Shown one piece after another: positions 40,315 through 52,155 of a DNA stretch of 64,000 bases; the stretch's first letter is position 1; each line of letters begins with the position of its first letter. The notes under the pieces were generated by a model. The model saw only the letters and a program-made list of their open reading frames with translations. It was not told the DNA's origin and searched no databases. The DNA lies in the NCBI GenBank assembly GCA_965240325.2, contig OZ251236.1, positions 434,001 through 498,000 of the forward strand. The letters run 5' to 3'. Origin of the DNA: Rebecca billardiae RCC1528 (Eukaryota; Protista; Haptophyta). A program made the translations under genes and the position numbers.

Positions 40315-42117
40315 ATGGCGGAGCAGACGACGGAGCTGCTGAGCGGGATCCTGCGCCCGCTCCAGCCGGCGCGCGACACGCTGCTGCGCGGCGTGCTCGT
40401 GCCCGAGGTCGAGGGCGGCTACTCGCGGCGCGACGTGCTGCTGGCCGGGGGCAAGATCGAGGCGATCGAGCCGGCGGGCTCCATCGAGCGCGCGCGCGCC
40501 GCGGAGGTGCTCGAGTGCGAGGAGCGCATGCTCCTGCCCGGCTTCGTCAACGGGCACACGCACTCGAGCGAGCACTGGGTGCGCGGGCTGATCCAGCCGC
40601 TGCCGCTCGAGCTGTGGGTGCTCCAGCTGCTGCGGCACGAGGCGCGCGGCGACGCGGGCTGGCACGGCGAGGCGAGCTTCGCGCAGACGCCCGCGTTCGC
40701 CATCGGCGTCTCGGCGCTGCACTGCGGGATCGAGGCGGTCGCGTCGGGGTGCACGGCGCTGCTCGACCACCTCTTCTCGCGCAGCGCCGACGACGTCGCC
40801 GCGGCCGTCGCCGTGTACAAGGCGCTCGGCGTGCGCGCGTTCATCGCGCCGATGGTGAGCGACGACGCGGAGATGTACCACAACTACGTGCCGCTGTGCG
40901 CGTCGGCGGAGGCGCGCAACGCCGAGTGCGGCTGCGCGGGGTGCGGCGGGCTGGGGCCGGGCGGCGCGCTGCGCACCGAGCCCTGCCCGCGCGACCCCGC
41001 CAAGACGCAGGCCGCGCTCGAGCTGTGGGAGGAGTGCATCCGGCGCTTCCACCGGCCGGACGAGGGCATCGAGATTGTGGTCGGGCCCGTCACCGCGTTC
41101 TCCGCGTCGGCCGAGCTGCTCAGGGGGGCGGCGGCGCTGCGCGAGAAGCACGGCGTGTGCGGGCACACGCACCTGCTCGAGACGCGCGCGCAGGCGCTGC
41201 AGTCCCGCCAGTGGTTCGAGCACGGCTCGTCGGTGCGCCGGCTGCACGAGTCGGGCTTCTTGCAGCTGCCGGGCACGTCGTGCGCGCACGCGGTCTGGCT
41301 CTCGGAGGAGGAGGCGGGGCTGATGGCGGCGAGCGGCGCGTCGGTCTCGCACTGCCCGTGGTCCAACCTGCGCCTCGGCTCGGGCGTCTGCCCGCTCGCC
41401 GCGTACGAGGCCGCCGGCGTCAACGTTTGCCTCGGGTGCGACGGCACCGCCTCCTCGGACGGGCAGGACATGCTCGAGGTGCTCAAGCTGAGCGCGTACC
41501 TGCCGCGCGTCGCTACCGCCGAGTACCGCGCGTGGCCGGACGCGCGCAAGGTGGCGCTCACGCTCGCGTCGAAGAACGGGTACAAGGCTCTCAACATGGC
41601 GGGCCGCGCGGGCGAGCTCAAGCCCGGCCACGCCGCCGACCTCTCCCTGTGGGACCTCTCGGCGCTCTCGATGCTGCCGCGCACAGACCCGCTGTCCACG
41701 CTCGTGTACGGCTCGCGCACGCAGGCGCGGGGCGCGGGGGCCGCGCTCGCCGCGCTGTGGGTGCGGGGCGTGCAGGTGGTGGACGACGGCTCGCCGTGCG
41801 CCGTCGACCTGCCCAAGTTCCGAGACCTCTTGCGCAAGCTCCAGCCGGAGTACCGCGACCCTGCCGACAGCGCGCCCAGCACCACGCCCGCCACGGCGGC
41901 CGCCGAGGTCGAGTACCGCGCCGCGCTCTGCCTCGACGATGACGCGGCCCGCGCGGCGGGCGTCCCAGAGGCGCACGCCAAGTACCCGGCGGGGCGCGCG
42001 CTGTACGACCCGTCGCTGCCGCTCGCACCAGGCCGCGAGCCCTCGAGCCAGGCGGCAGGCGGCGAGGGCGCAGACGAGGCGGGGAGACCCAAGCGCGCGC
42101 GTCGCGGGCCTGCATGA
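40315..42117 (+). CDS. Metal-dependent amidohydrolase (MtaD/AtzA/TrzA-like deaminase family)
   Basis: LLPGFVNGHTH, HTHLLET, AHAVWL, SHCPWSNLRLGSG, LGCDGTASSDGQDM, GELKPGHAADL. Confidence 0.92.
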   Translation: MAEQTTELLSGILRPLQPARDTLLRGVLVPEVEGGYSRRDVLLAGGKIEAIEPAGSIERARAAEVLECEERMLLPGFVNGHTHSSEHWVRGLIQPLPLELWVLQLLRHEARGDAGWHGEASFAQTPAFAIGVSALHCGIEAVASGCTALLDHLFSRSADDVAAAVAVYKALGVRAFIAPMVSDDAEMYHNYVPLCASAEARNAECGCAGCGGLGPGGALRTEPCPRDPAKTQAALELWEECIRRFHRPDEGIEIVVGPVTAFSASAELLRGAAALREKHGVCGHTHLLETRAQALQSRQWFEHGSSVRRLHESGFLQLPGTSCAHAVWLSEEEAGLMAASGASVSHCPWSNLRLGSGVCPLAAYEAAGVNVCLGCDGTASSDGQDMLEVLKLSAYLPRVATAEYRAWPDARKVALTLASKNGYKALNMAGRAGELKPGHAADLSLWDLSALSMLPRTDPLSTLVYGSRTQARGAGAALAALWVRGVQVVDDGSPCAVDLPKFRDLLRKLQPEYRDPADSAPSTTPATAAAEVEYRAALCLDDDAARAAGVPEAHAKYPAGRALYDPSLPLAPGREPSSQAAGGEGADEAGRPKRARRGPA

Positions 42118-42450
42118 CGGTTGCTGCATGACCGACCCCCCGGGGTGGCGGTGGACTGCGACCAGGCGGGCGCCCGCCGAGTGCGAGTCTGAGCTCTTGT
42201 CGGCTGGCGGCTCCGTATCGGATGAATCTCTTCTAATGAGCCCGCTCACAGCTGCCGGCGCCCGCTGGTCACGTGGATGACTTCTTTCTAGATCTAGCGC
42301 ACTCTGGCCGACTCTGCTCCGTTGACCGTTCACCATGTCGATCCGTGGGTACGCGCCCACCTTGAAATCTGATCGCGGTTGGGTGAGTTGGGGTCGCTCG
42401 TCGTGACTACGACCGGCAGTGCAAAACGAGCTCCCGGAGTGCTTTCCGGC

Positions 42451-43577
42451 AAGGGCGGTAAGGGCTGTCAACTCCCAGTGGCGGCGGTGGCAGAGGTTGG
42501 TCGCCGCTTCGTCGCTGCGCGGCCTCGCTCCAGCGACTAACTCTCGTGGGCGCCCGCCCTGGGGGGCGAGTGGGGCGCGCACGGCGCGAGCTCCTGTGGC
42601 CGTGTACGCGCGCGCGGAGGCGGCGCGCGTGGCTGGGCAGGTGCTAAGGAGTGTATGTCGCCCTCCCACGCCGCGCGCCTTGCTCGCCGCCGCTTTCGCC
42701 GCGCCTCAGGCCAGCGCGCACGCGTGCGCCGCCTCCAGAGCCAGCCTCGGGCAATCGGCAGCCGCCCGCGCATGTGTGGTGCGCGGTCTGGTCGGCGCGA
42801 GTCGGTCGGGGCCATCGGGCGAGGCTCGCATACTATAGACGCGCGCCATGCTGCCTCGCGCCGCCGCGCGTGGGCCCGGTCCCATCCCGTGAAGCTGTTG
42901 AAGGAAGCTGATCGATGAATGCACGACAAGCAGAAATGAGCTCGAATACGTGACAGTGAGCGCACATGCGCGTGATAGGCGGCCGCATTGGGCGCGTGTA
43001 CGGCGTCCTATGAGTGCATTGCCCCGCTCTTCATCGCCTGCGCGCGTCTATTGTGCTCTCCAGCGTCTCCATGAGCGTCCAAACATGAGCATTTTCGCAT
43101 TCGTGCTGCAGTTCGTGTCAGACCTAAGATGCTTGCGTGTCGACCCATGACAACCCACGCGCGGCGGCGCGAGGCAGCATGGCGCGCGTCTATAGTATGC
43201 GAGCCTCGCCCGATGGCCCCGACCGACTCGCGCCGACCAGACCGCGCACCACACATGCGCGGGCGGCTGCCGATTGCCCGAGGCTGGCTCTGGAGGCGGC
43301 GCACGCGTGCGCGCTGGCCTGAGGCGCGGCGAAAGCGGCGGCGAGCAAGGCGCGCGGCGTGGGAGGGCGACATACACTCCTTAGCACCTGCCCAGCCACG
43401 CGCGCCGCCTCCGCGCGCGCGTACACGGCCACAGGAGCTCGCGCCGTGCGCGCCCCACTCGCCCCCCAGGGCGGGCGCCCACGAGAGTTAGTCGCTGGAG
43501 CGAGGCCGCGCAGCGACGAAGCGGCGACCAACCTCTGCCACCGCCGCCACTGGGAGTTGACAGCCCTTACCGCCCTT
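42451..43577. mobile_element. Non-autonomous foldback/MULE-like element with ~424-bp TIRs
   Basis: Arms 42451-42874 and 43154-43577 read as reverse complements with no mismatch noticed; 279-bp core; flanking ctttccggc / gtttccggc (8 of 9 identical) target-site duplication. Confidence 0.88.
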
Positions 43578-43701
43578 GTTTCCGGCCTGCTTCCGAGTTC
43601 CGAAGAGAGCCCCGGCCGCGAAGTGCGCGGCGATGGATGAGCACAGGCGGCCGCGCGCGAGGCGACGACGGCGAAGCTGGGGCGACGTATGGCCCGGGCA
43701 G

Positions 43702-44506
43702 ATGCGTGCGCGTGAGGGCATAGGCACGCCCGCTTGGGCCGTGGGAGTGCTCGCGCTGGCTAGTGGCCTGCAACCGGCCGCCGCGTACGTGAGCGACTAT
43801 CGCGTGCACTACACGGCGAGGATGGCTGGTGGTGATGGCGGGCGGGCGATGACGCTGCTCATCTCGAACATGACCGTCTCGGAAGCTGAGAGCTGGTGTG
43901 CGATCAAGCACATCCCAGACTGCGCTGGCTTCACCTTCTACGATCCATATGGCCAAGATGTGCCATACGTGAACGGGACGTGCACGGGAAAGGTCCCGGA
44001 GACGTGTGAGCAGCGCGCTGTCATCATGTACTTCAAGACCGTGCCCAGCATGCAGGAGGTGGATAACTGGTATTCATACGTGAAAGCATCGCCTATTCAG
44101 ACGACCCCTGGCCTGCAGGCGGCCATCAGCGTCACGGTGATTGTTCTCGTCGGCTTCGCGCTCGGGATTGGACTCGGTGTGGGTCTCTCTCCGCATCCCG
44201 CCGACGCGAGTGGTGTCACCATCATGTCAGGATGACCGCGTGCACGACGACGACACGGTGGTTCTCAAGGTGAAGGCGCCACCGCCGCGGGGTACGGTTT
44301 CGGAGCAGCAGGCGTTAGACGTGCATGGCGCATCAATTACGTACGATGCGGCCACTGGTCCCATCGATGATGCCGAATTGCAGCTCGCGCGTCGTCGGCG
44401 ACAATCATCGACGAACTACTCCGGCCGCGGAACCATACGTGCGGACCAGGTGGCGCCGGTGACGGCTTCGGTGACCGTGTCGGTGACGGCCGCGGGCCAA
44501 GTGTAG
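43702..44506 (+). CDS. Small single-pass membrane protein with Cys-containing (PAN/apple-like) ectodomain; putative intron 44179-44230
   Basis: Signal AWAVGVLALASGLQPAAA; AESWCAIKHIPDCAGFTFY; TM AAISVTVIVLVGFALGIGLG. A GTGGGT...TCAG intron joins in frame to DDRVHDDDTVVLKV. Confidence 0.6.
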
Positions 44507-44778
44507 CAGACGGCCGCTGGGTGCCACGCCCACGATCACGGTGTGTGACGAGTGATGTCCGATCGGAGAGTGACGCCCGCTGACGGCGGCGGGCCACTAC
44601 TCCCGCCGACAGTCTACTCCGCAGGCTCCCAGATCCAGCTACCCGGTGCGCGGGCGGTGCCACTGGCAGTGACTGGCACTGGGACCAGGCGCCGAGGGCG
44701 CCGGCCGAGGCGGCGGGCGTTCGCGACGGCGAGTGATCTCACTGACGATAACTGTCTGCTGCCTCCGCGGACGACGTA

Positions 44779-45422
44779 CAGGTCGCGGGATCACGGGTGA
44801 TCTGGACAGTGCTCAGTGGCCGACCCAACTCACGCGGAAGCCTCCCTGGGAGCATTGGGGTCGAAGGGGCGCCAGGGACGGACTTCAGGGGGTCCCTGGA
44901 GTTCCGCCGCAGCGCGCTTTCTGCGCTGCGGGCCCGTCTGGCCTCGCGTGGCGGCCGCAATGGCACTCAGTCCAATTAGCCCCTGGCACTGGCTGAGGGC
45001 GAGGTCCATGGATGCCTGAGGATGGGAATCGAGCTCAGAGACGCGCGCGCGGAGGAAAAGCGTGTGCAGCGGCTCGGACGGTTGCTCTGGGACCTACGAC
45101 CCACGCCAGCGCAACCGCGCCTTGCCTCGGAGTCCGCCCTTCCTGAGTCCGCGCACGCGCCTTGCGCGGCTTGAAACGCTGGCGTTCGCCCGTGTGCGCG
45201 GGACTCACTGAAACAAGGCGAAGGCGGCGAGAAGCCGCGACCTGGCGTCGCGTGCGCAGACGACGTCTCACGACCAGGTGAGTTCAGCGAACATCGTGCG
45301 CCGTCGTGGCGACCCGCCAGTGGGCGCTCGTGCTCGTTCGCCCACGAGCCCTCGCCACGAGGCCCGCCGCCCGCTGAGTGTCCAGATAGCCCCTGTGTCC
45401 AGTTAGCCCGTATCCCGACCTG
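44779..45422. mobile_element. Tc1/mariner(pogo)-like MITE, 644 bp, diverged TIRs
   Basis: TA|caggtcgcgggatcacgggtgatctggaca at left versus reverse complement of the right end TA|caggtcgggatacgggctaactggaca; subterminal gtgtccag.tagccc duplicated at ~45378-45410. Confidence 0.65.
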
Positions 45423-45667
45423 TACTCATCGGACTTTCACTGTAATTCTGTATCACTACACTGTATGTCTAATAACGCGGCTGATCAAATAACGGTTCAT
45501 CCTCGGAGTAGCAGTCTGAAATCGTCAGTCACACTCATCATCTGCTACTGCATTCAGCTGCAGCATATATTCGACGATCTGCGGCCTTGATCACAAGTCA
45601 CAGACAGACAGCATCACTGCACATCCGACGACTCAATATCAGATTTATAGTCTAGATGCTGACTCTA

Positions 45668-46191
45668 CAGGCAATCGCGGGCAATAAGAAGTCAGAGATC
45701 TCACGGCTAGCCTCGGTTTCTTAGCCGTTCGGTAGGCCGAGCGCCTACGGAGGCTCAGTTTCTTAGCTAGGTCCGCCCGCCGCGCAGGCGCGGGGGGCGC
45801 AGGGGGGCAGAGCCCCCCGCTGAGTCTTTAGGCCCGGCCGGCGAGGCCGACGAAAATTTTGGGCCCTTTTGGAGCAAATCTGGCATGATGTGAGCAAATC
45901 TGGCATGATGTTGCATGGATGCTGCGGTGCACTGGCCAGGAGTCAGTCATCAGGAGAAGTCGGGACTTGGCCTGTACTCGTAGTCGGGCCGCGCGCCTCG
46001 TCCCCGACGGGCCGACTGCGCCTCGCCCTCGGCGGACCACTCGTCAGCCGGGACGACGTAGTCCCGGTTTCTTAGTGTGACTATGCGTATAGCGAACCAG
46101 CCAATCGCTAGTCTCAGTTTCTAGGCCAGATCCGCAGATAGCAAGCCCCAGTTTCTTAACGTGACAGCTCCTTATTGCCCGCGATTGCCTG
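45668..46191. mobile_element. Tc1/mariner-type MITE, 524 bp
   Basis: Perfect 21-bp TIR caggcaatcgcgggcaataag flanked by TA on both sides; about five internal gtttct(t/a) motifs; ggggggcagagccccc hairpin; 20-bp tandem duplication gagcaaatctggcatgatgt. Confidence 0.88.
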
Positions 46192-46509
46192 TACGACATC
46201 AGGCATCAGCATCGCGTCTGCATCACATCATCAGTGTTCGGACTGCACCCTCGGAGCCTCGCCGATGTTATGCGGACTATACGGATGATGATGTATAGTT
46301 ATTCAGTCAGCAGTAGTCTGCATCATCACTCATCAGCCTCCGATCACGGACCGAGTAGTATACTTACATATCAGCAGCTCCGGGACCGGAGGGTCAGGCG
46401 GACTGATTCAGTGATCTCACGGTAGAGAGTAGAGCAGTACAGTCGGAATAGCATACGCAGTGATGGTCCGCGGCCGGATATCTGATATGATGATCCGTCG
46501 TGATGATGA

Positions 46510-48446
46510 TAGCCTGGTCCAAACGCACTGGAGCACTTTCGGGGATTTTATCGCCAAATGAATGCGGGCCCCTAGGCGCGCGCTCACACCCGGAAACAGC
46601 GTAGCAAATGGGCCCAGCCCGGGCGGAGCAAAAGTTTCGGCCTAAAAATCGCATCCGCGGCCCGTCGTGAGCGTGCGCGCGCGCGCCGCGGACAACTACG
46701 GACACATAGAGAATCGTCAGTCTGAATGTGGGTAAGTACTTAGCCGAAATGAGCCCAAACGCACGAACTTACTTATTGGCGTACGTCGAGGCGAGCATGA
46801 ACCTTGGTACAGGCCATTAGGATGGGCTGTGGTCTGTGCGCAAGTGGCCGTACTCAACTACTGCAAGATCGACTATATTACCCATTTGTACCCGCATAGT
46901 ATGGACAATGTACCCGCATAAATATGCGTTCTGAGTCTGTATAATTAAATGCCACTATGTCGTTACATATTCGCCATAGGTGGGTAGCTGTCCCAGGCTG
47001 CACGATTAGTGCGGCGCTCGGGGTGCAGTGGTCGGACGAGGCTCCGCCTGGCCTTCCGCGCACTCCTGCAGACAAGAAGAGGGCCGGGCTCCCACCCGGC
47101 CAGGCGTGCGGCAGTCGGTCAGGTGCTGGACCTGGTCTGGAGACCATCTCCTGCGTGGCGACTGGCCGATCTGCGGCACAACGCGCGCCGCCGTGAGCCA
47201 CACGGCAGGTTCGCAACGGATCCGGATCGCGTGTCCATGGCGGCGTGCATCGAGTCATTCAAGCTGTCAAGTCGCGTGCCACGCCCGCCCTTTCACTTGG
47301 GGCATCCGTACTGCCTACAACGACGACATGTGCGTCCTTAGACGAGGCATAATCGCGGTTCTAGCTGCTCGTCCAAGGGTCAGATCGCACGTCCTTGCTC
47401 GCCCGACAGCCTCAACGGCGGACTGATGTGATCCGCGGGTGACGATGCGACCGCTTCGAGTGCGCCTACGGCCACCACCGGGGTGGGGATCGTTCATGGG
47501 CACCCTCCGCGTGCCATGACATGCTCTGGCCGTGCGTGGTGACTTGACCCACCGCACGTAAACGGGGAAGACACCCGAGCACGTGCTTCCGAGCCACCCG
47601 AATGGCACAATGTGCCACCCATGGACACCAAACACGTGCCAAAGCGCGAGCCTTGCGTGCTGGAGTAGCCGCACGACACCAAGGAAGACGTATGAGCGCT
47701 CTCAACCATCTTCAAGCGACGACTCCGTCGACTCTGCCTCGCGGACCGCGGTACGATCCTCGACCTTGTGCTCGCAGCAAAGGCCACGACGGTAAAGCAG
47801 CACCCAGGGGATGGGAGTCAGCCGGCAGCCACTACAATGTAACTGTACATACCCAGCCCCGCAAGGCGAGCCGTCCTGATCGCCCCCAGCCCGTCATACA
47901 GCTCCACGAGAAGCACAAATCGACTGCCGCCGCCTTGGGCGACCCATGCGCAAACGTGACGGGACTGGCCGGATGAAGCGTTGGCGATGCGCAGCGCGCC
48001 CAACGCTGGTGGTGGCATCGAGTACATGCTAGGGGTAGGCGGTGCCCCATGCGAGCCGTCGCGTGCCGCGCATATTCCCGGAGGTGCCCCTTCTCGAAGG
48101 CGCAGCGCAACCCAGCAGCTGAGCGTTCGACGCGCGCCGTCGGGCGAGAAGTCGACCTGGCGACGGACCGCGGGCGGCGGAAGCAACGCAGACATGTCGC
48201 TCAAGGTGTGCACGCACACCGCCGGGGCACCCGAACGATGTGTCCAGCACTACACCTGACATGAGGCGGCGCAGTCGTCCAGTCGAGGCTCTCGAGCCCC
48301 TTCCGACCTTCGTCGCGGCGAGCCGTCGGACGGCCGGTGGCGATTTTTGACGAGCGCGACGAGCGACGAGAAAAATCGGGAGAAATGAGGCGCCCAAAAT
48401 CCGAAAAAGGCTTTTTCAGTGGCGAAAATCGGGATGGACCAGGCTA
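46510..48446. mobile_element. Non-autonomous DNA transposon, ~1.9 kb, short TIRs
   Basis: 12-bp TIR tagcctggtcca at 46510-46521 / 48435-48446; 7-bp direct repeat atgatga on both sides; clustered subterminal GATTTT/AAAATC motifs at both ends; stop-ridden interior. Confidence 0.7.
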
Positions 48447-48880
48447 ATGATGACGAGAACTCGCGGATATTAAATACATACTCGGTCTGCTCGGCGGATA
48501 CTAAAAGTAGTAAGTCCGAGCCGAGCGCGCGCATATATTAACGCGCATATATATATAATAATTATTTATTATATCCGGCCAGCCATCTCCGCAGAATCTG
48601 ATCACTGGCGGTCCGGAGCGGAGCCCGATGTCCGCGACGCGGCGACGCGGCGACGAGGCCCAGGCGGCACTAACTAGTCCGACACGGCCGAGTCCGCGAA
48701 TGTCTGTCCGAATCCGAAACATGAAACGGCCGCGCGCCGAGAAGCCCGAGTAGCAGCTCGCGCGAGGAGCAGCGCTGGCCGTGGGATGCGCGCTCGCGCG
48801 CGAGCACCATCGCCATCGGGAGACAACGGAAGGCGCGGCACCAACTGCCAACACCGTCATTCCCGACGCGCCGACGAGTG

Positions 48881-49886
48881 CTAGAGCGCGGTCGAGAAGC
48901 CTTGCGGCGGGCGCTTCGCCCCGGCGGACGACGCCTGCTTGCGGCATTCCTTGTTCGTGCAGTAGCCCGCGCCAAAGCCGCGCATCCTCGAGCCGCACCG
49001 CTCACACAGCCCCTTGTCCACCTTCCCGCGGCACCGGAGTGCCTTGGTGGAGTTGGGACGCGAGTTTGGCCGCCCGGGCGTTTCAGAGCCAGAGCCGTAC
49101 TCGCTGCTGTCCCCGTAGAGGGCGGACGAGCCGGCCGGGTGCATGCCGGGCGGCGGCGCCGGGACCAGGCTGGCCGCCGCGGAGCCGTGCGCGTGGTGGC
49201 CGTGGCCGCTGGTGTCGTTCACGGAGAGGTTGCCGAGGGACTGCGCGACCGCGCCCGGCGAGGAGGAGCGCACGTCGAAGCCGCCGAACTGATCGATCTG
49301 CCACGGCTGCGTCGGCAGCTGCCCGTCCACGCTCTGCCCCGTGATGGATGCTGCCGCCGCAGCGACGGCCGCCGCGGCCATGCGCGAGGACTGCAGCCCG
49401 GACACGCCCACGCCAAGCTCCTCGTCGTGCAGCATCATCGGCCACGACGCCCTGTGCGCACGCATCGGCGCACCGCCGCCGCTGCCGTTCAGCACGCCGG
49501 CGTGCACGTGCGCGCCCGCCGCCGCTTGCATGGCGAGCTTGCGCAGGTCGGTGGTGCCGTTCGCGTCCGTGCCGAGCTGCGCGCGCAGCGCACTCATCTG
49601 CACCGCCTCGAAGCGGCTCGCGGTGTGCGGCGAGAGCTCGATGCCCGCGGGCAGCTGCGGCGGCGGCGGCACGGACACATCCATCGACAGCCCGAGGCCG
49701 GCGAAGAGCTCCTGTGCGCGCGCGTCCGTGGCGCTCACGCCCTGCCGCGCCAGGTTGGCCGCGAGCTGCCTGGCGACCACGTCGGGTGGGGGCGGCTGCA
49801 GCATGTGCGAGCGCGGGTTCTGCGCCCAGGGTGCCTGCTGCGCCGGAGGACGCGCGTACGCGGACGACGTGTGCGGCATCGCGCTG

Positions 49887-49952
<66 letters not shown>

Positions 49953-50935
49953 AGCAGCAGCTGCTGCTGCTGCTGCTGGCTGATGGCCAGCGCGCGCTGC
50001 GACACAGACGCAGCCGCCAGCTCGTCCGGCGTGAGTGGATTTACGAGTCCCTGCTCGCGCGACACCCCGAAGCGCGCCTGCGCCTCGGCGCGGGCAAGGA
50101 AGGCGGCGGCCGCTTCGATCGCCGTCTCGGGCACCTCGGCCGCGCTCCCTATCGGCACCGTCGGCCCCGACGCCTCTGTCGAGCCGCGCGAGCCACGCGG
50201 CCACCGAGCGGCACTGCTGCTGTCCCCGCGGTCGTCCGATGCCGCGTCGTTGTACAGGCCGGGGACGGAGTGCGAGGGGCCAGCCGAGGCGCTCTCGCCG
50301 TCGTCCACGTACCCGCGCATCGCCGCCATCGGCCCCGAGAGCGGCGGCGGCAGCTGCGTCTTGCCGCCGCCGAGCAGAGCAGCCGCGCCGCCGAACGCGG
50401 CGCTCGCGGGCTCGGCGCCGTTTGCATTCAGCGTGGTGAAGTGGTCCTCGGCCGAAGAGCGGCGCACGCGACGGCCGGTGTCCAGCGCGTTCTGCGCGGC
50501 GCGCTTGTTCGGCGACGACGTGGGGGCCAGCGACGACGTGTGCATCTGCAAAGGCGGCTTCTGGTGCGGCGAAGACGCGGCCGCATACGTCGCGTTCGGG
50601 ACGGCCGCGCCACTCACCGGGCTCGAGCCCGAGCCGCCGCCGTCGGAGTACGCATTGGAGGCAGCGCCACCCGAGCCGCTGTGCGGACCGGCGGAGGCCG
50701 AGCCGTCGAGCTCCGCCGATTGCGACGGCGCGGTCGAGTCCAGCGTCACTGTGAGTGGCGGCGCCGCCGCCTTCTTTGCCGCCGCGGCCGCCGCGACCTC
50801 CGGCGCATTCATCGCGGCCTCGATCTCGGCGGCTGACATGTCATCGAGGTCAGCGAAGAGTCCGAGCAGCTCGGTGCCTTGGAGCACGGATTCCTCCCCG
50901 GCCGCTCTCGCGCCGCCCTGCTCCTCCTTCACCAT
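48881..50935 (-). CDS. Low-complexity polyQ protein with C-terminal Cys4 zinc-finger-like motif (putative transcriptional regulator); start uncertain
   Basis: Long ORF with host-like codon use, Q6-L3-Q21 tract, C-terminal LRCRGKVDKGLCERCGSRMRGFGAGYCTNKECRKQ. Confidence 0.7.
49889..49978. repeat. (CTG)21(CAG)3(CTG)6 trinucleotide repeat
   Basis: Read directly; encodes Q6 L3 Q21 on the minus strand. Confidence 0.95.
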
Positions 50936-52155
50936 GCGCGCACCAGCAACACGCCCGGTGAGCACATGATCGCTGCCTTGCGATGTCAGCGGCAGCGGCT
51001 GCTGCGCCTCACGAGCAAGCTCCTCGGGGTGCCCTGCGAGAGCCATACGCGCTGGGCTCAAAGCCACGTGCGAGCGCGCTCTTCGAGCCGCGCTGCGTGC
51101 GGTGCTGCCCGACGCTTGGTGGGGGGGTGAGGGGTTGTTCGTGGGTCCACCACAGCCTCCCTCCCACGAGTGTCTGTCGCAGCCCCTCCCCGTTGAGCCG
51201 CCTTGGTCAGGTGCGGCGGGTAGATCACAGCCCGGGTGCACTGCCGGGCGCTGCAAGACGTGCTGTTTGTCCCGTTTGGGCCGTGAGATCGCGATCTCCA
51301 TCGACGTGCCCACGAGCTAAACATGCTCAAACCCAAACTTCTACCCCCCTGTCCCGGACCGCAAAACAATCTGAATAGCATCTCTTTCACCTGGACGTTC
51401 AGAACGTTGCGGGTATTTTACTACTTGGAGGAGAAATGCGAACTAGAATTTGAATTCGAAGTGATTGGGAGGGGTAACCGCAACTTATAAGATTCATTAT
51501 CAAGCACTCACCATGTAATCAGGTCCGCCCAGACGACGAGTGGCCATGTCTTCCAGCGCCTCGCGTTCGCGAGGCGTGCCCGAAACAGCTACACACTCAC
51601 CGGTGCCCTGGGGCACCGGCGCAACCCGCATCCAACACTCCGCATATCGCAGACACGACATATCCACCCGCGCTTGCACACGCACGCCCCCCCCCCGCCT
51701 GCTTGCTGACCATGAAAGGACTGGCCCCGGGTGCGGACGCCAAGCGCATGCTCATCCCGACACGACGGCGAACACCTGCGGTGTGCCTGTGCGGAGGCAC
51801 TGGGGAGCGACACGCGGAGTGTGGGCCGCCCTCCTTCCTGAGCAGCGCCCGGCCCTCAGGTGGAGACCGCGCCCGTCCCGGCCTCCCCGCGGCGGCCGCG
51901 AGCCCCCCCCCCCCCCCCCCCCCCCTTTTCCCCATCCTGCCCGTTTCGCGACAAACCCCTCTCCCCCCGAAACGCACGACGGGCCGCCGTGGTCCGGGGG
52001 ACCGGCGGGGCCACTCCGGACCTGGGTTTTGAAATTTGATTTCAACCCCGCGCGCCGAAATGCCTTTGGCACCAGCACCGACCTCGCTCGCACCGCAGTG
52101 CTTCCGCACCCGCCCCCCGGCCCTCCGCAGCCCCGCGCCCGCCACACCGGCCACC

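Noticed and set aside
49341-50969. Poly-Cys ORF on the + strand
   Set aside because: Antisense reading of the CAG/polyQ tract.
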